In this document: in pieces, positions 17,333 to 25,679 of the stretch
Position numbering within the stretch: position 1 is the stretch's first letter
How the letters are laid out: each line of letters starts with the position of its first letter
Program-made: the position numbers and the translations under genes
Source: an uncultured Thiobacillus sp.
GTDB lineage: Bacteria; Pseudomonadota; Gammaproteobacteria; Burkholderiales; Thiobacillaceae
Direction of reading: 5' to 3'
Assembly: GCA_964623355.1 (NCBI GenBank)
Contig: CAZUSF010000001.1
Location: forward strand, 15,188-53,527
DNA: 38,340 nucleotides
The notes under the pieces: generated by a model
The model's input: only the letters and a program-made list of their open reading frames with translations
The model's database searches: none
What the model was told of the DNA's origin: nothing

Positions 17333-17925
17333 TGCGCCCCAACCTGTTCCTGCTCAGCCAGGGCCGTCTGGACGCCGAGACGCGGGCCCGCACCATCGAG
17401 GAGATGATTGACGCCGCCGCCCTGAACCGCTTTCGGCGCGGCGAGATGCCGGTCCCGCTGCAGCGGATTCTCGTGGTGGCGGGTTCCCGTGCCGGCCCCG
17501 ACGTGAAGGCGCTGCTGCACGCCCTGGACCGCTATCCGAGGTTGGCCGACCTGCACCTGCTCGACACCCGGGCGGGGTCGGCCGAGGAACTCGCCCGGCG
17601 GGTTGCCGGCATGGACCTGCTGCTGGTCATGCCCGGCGACATCAAGGGCGTCGAGGCCATCCATGCTGCCATGTCCGCAGGGATACCGGTGCTGCTGCCG
17701 GATGCCGCCATTCCGACCGACCTGGATTTTGTCCAGGATGGCATCAACGGATTTCGCTACCGGGCCGACGACCCGGACAGCCTGGCCCTGTGCCTGTTGG
17801 CCCTCGGTAGCCTCTCGAGCCGGATGGTCCAGGCCATTGTGGCGCGCGCCTACCAGACCCTGGCACAACGGCTGTCACCCGCCATCATCGACATGGGCCC
17901 GACCCGGGCTGGAGATGCAACATGA
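17329..17925 (+). CDS. Stand-alone GT4 (GT-B) C-terminal-half-like protein, probably non-catalytic
   Basis: ILVVAGSRAGPD...LLLVMPGDIKGVEAIHAAMSAGIPVLLPD...VQDGINGFRY aligns by eye to the GT4 C-domain. Both Glu of the EX7E motif appear to be replaced (K and A). ATGA overlap with the epsI stop. Confidence 0.5.
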   Translation: MMRPNLFLLSQGRLDAETRARTIEEMIDAAALNRFRRGEMPVPLQRILVVAGSRAGPDVKALLHALDRYPRLADLHLLDTRAGSAEELARRVAGMDLLLVMPGDIKGVEAIHAAMSAGIPVLLPDAAIPTDLDFVQDGINGFRYRADDPDSLALCLLALGSLSSRMVQAIVARAYQTLAQRLSPAIIDMGPTRAGDAT

Positions 17926-18029
17926 ATCCGCTCGCCCTGAATGAAACATTCGCCCGCAGGCCCAAAAATGTTGGCAAGGTCCAGCGACAGCCGCACCGCG
18001 AATGGTGTTTTACGAACAAGGAGCCCGAC

Positions 18030-18619
<590 letters not shown>

Positions 18620-18638
18620 GTAATATTTGGTGCGATCG

Positions 18639-18804
18639 AGCCCGGATATTTCATAAATGCTCGCGCGCCATCGCTGGTTCCTTGTCCGCACTGGTAAGTT
18701 TCCCTCAGTCGGGCGTATGAATAACTACGCCGCTCCTTCGCGAAATTCCCATTGCAAACAAGGTCCGGCGCGATCATCACGCGAATTTATGAAACATCCG
18801 GGCT
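18639..18804. repeat. MITE-like unit bounded by ~20-bp imperfect terminal inverted repeats
   Basis: AGCCCGGATATTTCATAAAT (18639..18658) against the reverse complement of AATTTATGAAACATCCGGGCT (18784..18804). 19 of the 20 aligned positions match. No ORF lies inside. Confidence 0.35.
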
Positions 18805-18915
18805 AGATGAAATTCAAAAATATGACGTAACCACTCAGGTGGTCATAACCAATTTATTTATTGGCAAAAACCCGTTCGACCTGAACTTGTCGAAGGCCCC
18901 AAGTTGATATGAAGC

Positions 18916-19770
18916 ATGCGGCACGACAAGCTCGCGGCGAACAGGGTTCTATATCATTCAATGAGTTGCACGAGAATGCCCCACCTGAGTATTTACAATA
19001 TGACAACAGTGACAACTAGCAGTACAGAACAGTGCTCCACCTCACGTTACAGAAAATGGAAGTGGTCAGTTATTGGCTACATGATTTTGTTGCACATGTT
19101 TTTGGCGATTTTGATCGTTAAGACGGATTTCATTCCAAGGGTGAAGGCAAAGCTGGGTGCAGCGGAAATTCCGAACCCGCACGTTATCAATATGGTTCGA
19201 TACCACCAATGGATGGACTCGTCTGTTCCGGATAAGGCGACCATTTTTCTAGGGGATAGCATCACCCAGGGTTTGGCGACCGCCGCTGTGGCGCCCTACG
19301 CAATAAACTATGGGATCGGTACCCAGAATACGGCAGAACTTCTTGATGCCTTGCCGTCCTACCCGTCATTAAACCGCGCAGGTGTCATTTTCTTGGCAAT
19401 TGGCATCAATGATTTTATCCGGGATAAGAAGTCAGGTTTGAGCGACAGGTACAGGGAGATTGTCGAGAGGCTGCCTGATCAAACGCCATTGATATGGAGT
19501 TCCGTGATGCCAACAGGATATGGAAATATTGCCTCTGCGGATATCGCCATGGCTAACGAAACCATCCGGTCGTTATGCGCAAATCGCGTAAACTGCATTT
19601 TTGTTGACACTTGGCACTTCCTCGCGGACGAGAATGGAAAAATGATTGCTTCACTCTTTCTTGAGGATGGCCTTCATCTTAGTCTAGGCGGCTATGCGGC
19701 GTGGATAGCCGCACTGAAGCAAGCCCTGCAGGATCGTGCCCACGCTGACGAGATCTTGGATGCGAATTAA
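18916..19770 (+). CDS. Membrane-anchored SGNH/GDSL hydrolase (candidate polysaccharide esterase/acyl-modifying enzyme)
   Basis: TM segment WSVIGYMILLHMFLAILIV. Block I FLGDSITQG, block III AIGINDF, block V DGLHLS. The start codon is uncertain (several Met before the TM). Markedly lower GC than its neighbours. Confidence 0.8.
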   Translation: MRHDKLAANRVLYHSMSCTRMPHLSIYNMTTVTTSSTEQCSTSRYRKWKWSVIGYMILLHMFLAILIVKTDFIPRVKAKLGAAEIPNPHVINMVRYHQWMDSSVPDKATIFLGDSITQGLATAAVAPYAINYGIGTQNTAELLDALPSYPSLNRAGVIFLAIGINDFIRDKKSGLSDRYREIVERLPDQTPLIWSSVMPTGYGNIASADIAMANETIRSLCANRVNCIFVDTWHFLADENGKMIASLFLEDGLHLSLGGYAAWIAALKQALQDRAHADEILDAN

Positions 19771-19898
19771 GTGCATTCAGCCAGTTGCCACCTTGATTGC
19801 AAAGTATTTCCAGGCCGGGGCATGCGCATGGAAGGCAGGTGACATCGCAATCTTGCGCCGCTGGCAATTAAGGGTGACAGGGTCCTGAGGAAGCCGGC

Positions 19899-20054
19899 GT
19901 GATCGATCTGGGGCGCCTGCGCTGGCGCTATCGGCGCGGTATGCTGGAGCTGGACCTGGTGTTTGGCGAGTTTCTCGAACACGCTTATCAGAACCTTGAT
20001 CGCTCGGCCCAGGCGGTCTTTTCGGCCTGGGAGGAGGAAGCGGAGCTGGTTTAG
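19899..20054 (+). pseudogene. Truncated SdhE/YgfY (DUF339, FAD assembly factor)-like relic, 51 codons from a GTG
   Basis: VIDLGRLRWRYRRGMLELDLVFGEFLEHAYQNLDRSAQAVFSAWEEEAELV* matches the N-terminal RLRWRCRRGMLELD...FLE..Y..L signature of SdhE. It stops ~25-30 aa early. It is below the ORF-track length cut-off. Confidence 0.45.
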
Positions 20055-20173
20055 ATGCGGTGAGGTGCAAACCGCATCATTCCGCTAAGGTCGTGGGCTG
20101 ATGCGGTTCGCTCCGGCCTGTCCTGAGCCTGTCGAAGGGCTCACCACATCTACGAGTGGATTTTTTTAGCCAT

Positions 20174-20193
20174 CGCCATTTCCGAAAATGGCG
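20174..20193 (+). promoter_or_regulatory. 8-bp perfect inverted repeat upstream of the GT2 gene
   Basis: CGCCATTT ccga AAATGGCG followed by GTTTTAC, 46 nt before the ATG at 20239. It could be a terminator of the upstream relic or an operator. It contains TTTCCGAAAA, which is also present just 5' of motif copy 1 at 12488..12497. Confidence 0.3.
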
Positions 20194-20238
20194 GTTTTAC
20201 AGGCAGGGATCAGGAAGTCTGAATTTACAGGAGCTTGC

Positions 20239-21252
20239 ATGACTGTCGCATCCAACCCCCTGGTGTCCGTGGTGGTCATCGGTCGCAACGAGGGCCCGCG
20301 TCTGGTGCGCTGCCTTGAGTCGATTGCGGCGATGCGCCAGCCTGGCTTCGGGGTCGAGGTGATTTACGTTGATTCGGACTCGACCGATGGCAGCCCGGAG
20401 CGCGCCGCCGAACTGGGGGCGCAGGTCATTCCGGTGCATCCCGAGCGGCCTTCTGCCGCGCTGGGCCGCAATGCCGGCTGGCAGGCCGCGCGGGGCGAAT
20501 TCGTGCTGTTTCTTGACGGTGACACCGTGCTGCATCCCGATTTCGTGGTCACGGCGCTGGCGGCGATGAACGCGCCGGGGGTGGCGGTGGTCTGGGGGCA
20601 CCGGCGTGAAATGCATCCTGAACACTCGCTCTACAACCGCGTGCTCGACCTGGACTGGGTCTATCCGCCCGGGCCGAGCGAGTTCTGCGGCGGCGATGCC
20701 CTGATGCGCCGTTCGGCGCTGGAAGCGGTGAACGGCTTCGATGCGACGCTGATCGCCGGCGAGGAGCCGGAACTGTGCCGCCGCATCCGTGCCCGTGGCC
20801 ATATCATCCAGCACCTCGATGCGCCGATGACCCTGCACGACCTGGCCATCACCCGCTTCGCCGGCTACTGGAAACGGGCCTTCCGGGCCGGCCACGCCTA
20901 TGCGGAAGTGGCCGGGCGCTACCGCCACAGCCCGGACCCCCTCTGGCTGGCTGACGCCCGCCGTAACCTGACGCGCGGCAGCCTGCTGCTGGCTAGCCCG
21001 CTGCTGCTACTGGCGGCCTTCCTCTGGGCACCCCTGTGGTTGCCCGTGCTCATGCTGCTGGCGGGCATCGCCGTGATCGCCCGCACGGCCTGGCGCTGCC
21101 GCTGGAAGAACGCCAACCGTCTCACCTGCCTGCTCTACGCTCTGCACTCGCAGTTCCAGCAGATCCCCATCCTGTTCGGCCAGATCAGCCAGCGCCGGGA
21201 TGCTCGGCGTGGCCGTCAGCGCAGGCTGATCGAATACAAGGGAAACGCCTGA
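20239..21252 (+). CDS. GT2-family glycosyltransferase with a C-terminal membrane segment
   Basis: VSVVVIGRNEG...VIYVDSDSTDGS...FLDGDTV (DxD). AGGAG RBS 7 nt before the ATG at 20239. The track ORF starts further upstream at 20188. Confidence 0.85.
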   Translation: MTVASNPLVSVVVIGRNEGPRLVRCLESIAAMRQPGFGVEVIYVDSDSTDGSPERAAELGAQVIPVHPERPSAALGRNAGWQAARGEFVLFLDGDTVLHPDFVVTALAAMNAPGVAVVWGHRREMHPEHSLYNRVLDLDWVYPPGPSEFCGGDALMRRSALEAVNGFDATLIAGEEPELCRRIRARGHIIQHLDAPMTLHDLAITRFAGYWKRAFRAGHAYAEVAGRYRHSPDPLWLADARRNLTRGSLLLASPLLLLAAFLWAPLWLPVLMLLAGIAVIARTAWRCRWKNANRLTCLLYALHSQFQQIPILFGQISQRRDARRGRQRRLIEYKGNA

Positions 21253-21273
21253 CCGGTTGGGCCACTGTTTAGC

Positions 21274-21296
21274 AAAAGTTTTCACTCCCGACACAA
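21274..21296 (+). promoter_or_regulatory. Copy 2 of the repeated 23-nt motif, AAAAGTTTTCACTCCCGACACAA
   Basis: 21/23 identical to 12494..12516. It ends 56 nt before the ATG of the acetyltransferase gene at 21352. Confidence 0.45.
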
Positions 21297-21351
21297 CCAC
21301 CTGCCCGGCCTGGGCTTCAATACGCTCCATGACCCTGTCCTGGAGCGCCAC

Positions 21352-21948
21352 ATGACCTTCACCCTCGCCCTCAAGCCGACGCTGGCCGGCCTGCTTGGAC
21401 CGCTGCTGCAACTGGGGTCTCGGTTCGAGCAGCGCTGGAGCCAGTTCTGGTCCTACGCCCACCTGGCCAGCCAGGTGCCCGGGCTCGATCCTTCCGTCGT
21501 CATCCTGGGCAAGCCCGAGCTGCACGGTACTCGGCATCTGCAGCTCGGGGGCGGCCTTTACCTCTACCGCGACCTGTATCTTGAGACCCGCGAATCGGGC
21601 TTCATCCGGATCGGCGATGGCGTGGTCATTTCGCGCGGCGTCCACCTGGTCGCCTTCGCTGGCATCGAGATCGGCGAGGGCAGCATGATCGGCGAGTACA
21701 GCAGCCTGCGCGACGCCAACCACCACTTCGGACCCGGGTTGTCGCCACGCCATTCCGGCCACGATGCCCGCCCGATCAAGGTCGGCCGCAACGTCTGGAT
21801 CGGCCGTGGGGTCACCGTCCTGCCCGGGGTCACGATCGGTGACGGCGCGGTGATCGGGGCGAATGCGGTGGTCACCCGTGACGTGCCGGCCGGGTCGGTG
21901 GTGGCGGGCGTGCCGGCGCGCCCCTTGCATGCCGAGGTGGCCGCATGA
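21352..21948 (+). CDS. LbH hexapeptide-repeat O-acyl/acetyltransferase (WcaF/LacA-like)
   Basis: IGDGVVISRGVHLVAFAGIEIGEGSMIGEY...VGRNVWIGRGVTVLPGVTIGDGAVIGANAVVTRDVP. Confidence 0.85.
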   Translation: MTFTLALKPTLAGLLGPLLQLGSRFEQRWSQFWSYAHLASQVPGLDPSVVILGKPELHGTRHLQLGGGLYLYRDLYLETRESGFIRIGDGVVISRGVHLVAFAGIEIGEGSMIGEYSSLRDANHHFGPGLSPRHSGHDARPIKVGRNVWIGRGVTVLPGVTIGDGAVIGANAVVTRDVPAGSVVAGVPARPLHAEVAA

Positions 21949-23207
21949 ACGCCGAGCGCATCCTCCTGGTGGCTTACCAGTGCGGGCCAGGCATGGGCTC
22001 GGTGTCGCAAATTGGCTGGGAGTGGTATCACCGGCTCGGCGCCAGCCATGCGCTGACCCTGGTAACCCATGTCCGCAACCGCCCCGCGCTGGAAGCGGCC
22101 GGCGCGCCGCTGCCCGGCACCGAGATCGTGTACATCGACACCGAATGGTTCGCCGGTCCGCTCTATCGCTTTGCCAAACGCCTCTTTCCACGGAGCGAGC
22201 ATGGAGCCTTCCTGCTGGCCTCCATCGATTACTTCCCCTTCGAGTGGACCGCCCTGCGCCAACTGAAGCCGCGCCGCCAGGAATGGGACATCGTGCACCG
22301 CGTCACGCCGGTCTCCACCCAGGCCACCAGCCGCTGGCATGCGCTCGGGCTGCCGGTAGTGCTGGGGCCGTTCAACGGCAACGTGCCGCGCAACCCGGTC
22401 TTCCATGAATACCTCAGCCGCGAGGACACGGCCTGGTTCTATCCGGTGCGCGCCCTGTCGAAGCTGCCGGAACTGCTGTTCGGCGGTCACCGGAAGGCCG
22501 CGGCACTGCTGGCGGCGACGCTCGCCACGGCGCGTTCCTTCCCGCAGGCCTTGCGCCACAAGGTGCATCACTTCATCGAGAACGCCGTCGACCTTGAGCG
22601 TTTCATCGACACGCCCTGGCCCGCCAATCCCGGGCCGGGCGGCCCCCTCCGCATCCTCTTCACCGGCCGTCTGGTCCCGTTCAAGGCCCTGCATCTGCTG
22701 CTCGAGGCCGCGGCTCGCTTCCGGGTGGACCGCCCGGTGGAAATCGACGTGGTTGGTGACGGCCCGATGCGGGCGGTCTGGCAAGCCCGCGCCGAGGCGC
22801 TCGGCCTGGCCGATCGTGTGCGCTTTCATGGCAGCCTGCCCCTCGATGCCGTCGCTGACCACATGCGCCGCTGCCACGTCTTTTGCCTGCCGTCGGTGCG
22901 CGAATCCGGCGGCGCAGTGCTGCTTGAGGCGATGGCCAGCGCCCGCCCGGTAGTTGGCCTGGATTTTGGCGGCCCCGGCGAGCTCATCGACGACGAGGTC
23001 GGGGTCAAGCTGGCGATGCGTGACCCGGGCCAGGTGGTCGACGACCTGGCGACTGCCCTGGGAGATGCCTTCGACCGACCCGAGGTGTGGCGGCAACGCG
23101 GCCTCAACGGCCGGCGGCGCGTCGAAGCGCGCTATAGCTGGCCGGCGAAGATTGCCGATGCCGAGGTCATCTACCGCGGCGTCCTCGGACAAGGAGAACC
23201 GGCATGA
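21945..23207 (+). CDS. GT4-family (GT-B) glycosyltransferase
   Basis: C-domain ILFTGRLVPFKALHLLLEA...VFCLPSVRESGGAVLLEAMASARPVVGLDFGGPGELI (EX7E present). ATGA overlap with the upstream stop. Confidence 0.85.
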   Translation: MNAERILLVAYQCGPGMGSVSQIGWEWYHRLGASHALTLVTHVRNRPALEAAGAPLPGTEIVYIDTEWFAGPLYRFAKRLFPRSEHGAFLLASIDYFPFEWTALRQLKPRRQEWDIVHRVTPVSTQATSRWHALGLPVVLGPFNGNVPRNPVFHEYLSREDTAWFYPVRALSKLPELLFGGHRKAAALLAATLATARSFPQALRHKVHHFIENAVDLERFIDTPWPANPGPGGPLRILFTGRLVPFKALHLLLEAAARFRVDRPVEIDVVGDGPMRAVWQARAEALGLADRVRFHGSLPLDAVADHMRRCHVFCLPSVRESGGAVLLEAMASARPVVGLDFGGPGELIDDEVGVKLAMRDPGQVVDDLATALGDAFDRPEVWRQRGLNGRRRVEARYSWPAKIADAEVIYRGVLGQGEPA

Positions 23208-24460
23208 CTCACCAGGAAACGGGCCGCATCGACACCCCCGTCCGCCCGAAGCTGGCCTATCTGGTTAGCGAATACCCGGGGGTGTCGCACACGTTCATTC
23301 TGCGGGAGGTGCGTCGCCTGCGCGAGCTCGGCTTCGAGGTGGCCGTGGCGTCGATCAACGCGCCCTACCACGCCGCCAACATGACGGAGATCGAGCAGGA
23401 CGAATTTGCCCGCACCTACTACGTCAAGCGCCACGGCCTGGCCGGTGCGCTGGCCGGCCATCTGTTCGGCCTGCGCCAGCCGCTGTCATGGCTGCGCGGA
23501 CTGGCCTATGCCCTGCGGCTGTCCGGCTCCAACCCCAGGCAGATCGCCTTCGGCCTGTTCTATTTCACCGAGTCGCTGATGCTGGGCCGCTGGATGGCGA
23601 AGCAAGGCTTGCATCACCTGCACGTGCACTTTGCGACGGCGGCCGCCAAGGTCGGACTGATCCTCAAGCACACCCTGCCGGTCGGCCTGTCGATGACCGT
23701 ACACGGGCCCGACGAATTCTATGACGCCCGCGGCGAATGGCTGCCGCAGAAACTCTGCGCCGCAGACTTCGTGGTCTGCATCAGCCGGTTCGCTCGCAGC
23801 CAGGTGATGAAGCTGACCCCGGCGCGCCACTGGCCGAAATTCGAGGTCTGCCAGCTCGGGGTCGATCCGGAACGTTTCCAGCCCGGCGCCGGCCGGCCCG
23901 ATGGCGAGCCCTTCACTCTGCTCTGCGTCGGCCGCCTGGCCCCCGCCAAGGGCCAGCGCATCCTGATCGAGGCCGCCCGCCGGCTGGTCGACGAAGGGCG
24001 CGACTTACGCCTGGTCATGGTGGGGGACGGTCCGGATGCACCCGACCTCAAGGCGACGGTGGCCGCGTACGGGCTGGAGCGGCAGGTGCAGTTCACCGGC
24101 GCTCTCAACCAGAACGCGGTGCTCGAATGGTATGCCCGTGCCGATGCCTTTGCCTTGCCGAGCTTCGCCGAAGGCGTGCCGGTGGTGCTGATGGAGGCCA
24201 TGGCTTGCGGCCTGCCCTGCGTCACCACCCGAATCACCGGCATTCCGGAACTGATCGAGGATGGCCGCGATGGCCTCCTGGTGACCCCATCCGACGACGA
24301 AGCCCTGGCCGCGGCACTGGCCAGGCTGATGGACGACCCGGCCCTGCGTGTCCGCCTTGGGTCAGCCGGTCGGGCGCGCGTGCAGGCCGATTACCATCTC
24401 GGACACAACGTCGATCGCCTGGCCGCCCTTTTCCAGCGTCGACTCGCGGAGGCCCAATGA
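23204..24460 (+). CDS. GT4-family glycosyltransferase (WcaL-like)
   Basis: KLAYLVSEYPGVSHTFILREV...LLCVGRLAPAKGQRILIEA...AFALPSFAEGVPVVLMEAMACGLPCVTTRITGIPELI. ATGA overlap. Confidence 0.85.
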   Translation: MTHQETGRIDTPVRPKLAYLVSEYPGVSHTFILREVRRLRELGFEVAVASINAPYHAANMTEIEQDEFARTYYVKRHGLAGALAGHLFGLRQPLSWLRGLAYALRLSGSNPRQIAFGLFYFTESLMLGRWMAKQGLHHLHVHFATAAAKVGLILKHTLPVGLSMTVHGPDEFYDARGEWLPQKLCAADFVVCISRFARSQVMKLTPARHWPKFEVCQLGVDPERFQPGAGRPDGEPFTLLCVGRLAPAKGQRILIEAARRLVDEGRDLRLVMVGDGPDAPDLKATVAAYGLERQVQFTGALNQNAVLEWYARADAFALPSFAEGVPVVLMEAMACGLPCVTTRITGIPELIEDGRDGLLVTPSDDEALAAALARLMDDPALRVRLGSAGRARVQADYHLGHNVDRLAALFQRRLAEAQ

Positions 24461-25650
24461 ACCCGATCCCAGACCTCAACCTGCTTTCCGGCCTTGGCCT
24501 GCTGTTCCTGGCCCTGACCTTGCCAGGCAGCCTCTACCTGGCGCTGCTCACCCTGGCCGGCAGCCTGCCGGCGCGGCGGGACACGGCCGCCCCCCTGCCC
24601 GGACTGCTGGCCATCGTCGTGCCGGCCCACGACGAGGCCTCTGGCATCGGCCGAACCGTCGCCAACCTGCTGGATGCATCGCGCCAGGATGGCCACTGCG
24701 AGGTCGTGGTGGTGGCGGACAATTGCAGCGACGACACGGCCGAGCGTGCCCACCAGGCAGGTGCCCGGGTGCTTGAGCGCCTGGATGCAGAGCGGCGAGG
24801 CAAGGGCTATGCCCTCGATTTCGCCTTCACCTCCCTGCTCGCTGAAGACTACGTCGCCTTCGTGGTGGTGGACGCCGACAGCGTGGTGGCCGAGGGTTTT
24901 CTCGACGCTATCCGGCGCAAGTTCGGGGCCGGTGCCGAAGCCCTGCAGACCCGCTACACCATGCTCAATGGCGACGAATCGCCACGCACCGGCCTGGCGG
25001 AGATCGCGTTGGCCGCCTACAACATCCTGCGCCTGCGTGGCCGCGACCGGCTGGGGCTGTCGGTCGGCATCCTCGGCAACGGCTTCGCGCTGCGCAGCGA
25101 ACTGCTGCGCCAGGTGCCCTACACCGCCGATTCGGTGGTGGAGGACCTCGAGTATCAGATCTACCTGATCGCTGCCGGCCGGCGCGTACAGTTCGTCGAT
25201 GTCACCGCAGTCGGCGGCGAGATTCCCACCGGCCAGAAAGGACGCGACATCCAGCGCGCCCGCTGGGAGGGCGGTCGCCTGCGCATGCTGATCGAGCAGG
25301 GGCCGAAGCTGGCCGGACAGGTCCTGCGCGGCCGCCTGCGCCTGCTGGAACCGCTGGCCGACCTGCTGCTGCTGCCTCTGGCCTACCACGTCATGCTCCT
25401 GCTCCTGGCGCTGCTGCTCCTGGCCCTGGGCGGCTGGGCTGCGGCCGCGCTGCTCGCGCTCTCTGGCCTTGGGCTGGTCGGCCTGCACCTCGTGGCGGCG
25501 GTGGCCGTTGGCAGGCTGCCCTGGTCGCGGCTGTGGCTGCTGGCCCGTATCCCGTTCTACCTGGCCTGGAAGCTGCGCATGATTCTGCCCATTCTGGCCA
25601 GCGCCCGGCGCGACAGCGCCTGGGTGCGCACCGACCGCACCGGTTCCTGA
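24457..25650 (+). CDS. Membrane-embedded GT2 glycosyltransferase (N-terminal TM, cytoplasmic GT-A domain, C-terminal TM bundle), possibly a processive synthase
   Basis: LAIVVPAHDEASGIG...VVVADNCSDDT...VVVDADS (DxD)...GNGFALR...QRARWEGG (QxxRW-like), then LLLLPLAYHVMLLLLALLLLALGGW... ATGA overlap at 24457..24460. The track ORF 23737..25650 has a spurious extension. Confidence 0.85.
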   Translation: MNPIPDLNLLSGLGLLFLALTLPGSLYLALLTLAGSLPARRDTAAPLPGLLAIVVPAHDEASGIGRTVANLLDASRQDGHCEVVVVADNCSDDTAERAHQAGARVLERLDAERRGKGYALDFAFTSLLAEDYVAFVVVDADSVVAEGFLDAIRRKFGAGAEALQTRYTMLNGDESPRTGLAEIALAAYNILRLRGRDRLGLSVGILGNGFALRSELLRQVPYTADSVVEDLEYQIYLIAAGRRVQFVDVTAVGGEIPTGQKGRDIQRARWEGGRLRMLIEQGPKLAGQVLRGRLRLLEPLADLLLLPLAYHVMLLLLALLLLALGGWAAAALLALSGLGLVGLHLVAAVAVGRLPWSRLWLLARIPFYLAWKLRMILPILASARRDSAWVRTDRTGS

Positions 25651-25679
25651 CCGAACCCCACAGAACCCGAGGCCTGCCC

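Larger units (their letters stand above)
18878..20140. other. AT-richer inserted islet bounded by 21-nt imperfect direct repeats
   Basis: GACCTGAACTTGTCGAAGGCC (18878..18898) and GTCCTGAGCCTGTCGAAGGGC (20120..20140) match at 17/21 in the same orientation. Sampled 60-nt lines inside the SGNH gene are ~37-60% GC, against ~65-70% in the flanks (hand counts). Confidence 0.4.

Noticed and set aside
17922-18029. N-terminal extension of the REC/HD-GYP ORF starting at ATG 17922
   Set aside because: The receiver begins at MTRERLLCVDDEP (ATG 18030), which has an AAGGAG RBS. The extension has no domain content.
23737-24456. Long N-terminal extensions of track ORFs (23737..25650; also 16196..17332, 25533..26672, 4656..5423, 5017..8157, 7853..8818, 9184..10851, 10778..11833, 28120..29010, 31014..31859)
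   Set aside because: The extensions overlap the preceding gene in another frame or lack an RBS. Internal starts show an RBS or stop/start coupling and coincide with domain or signal-peptide starts.
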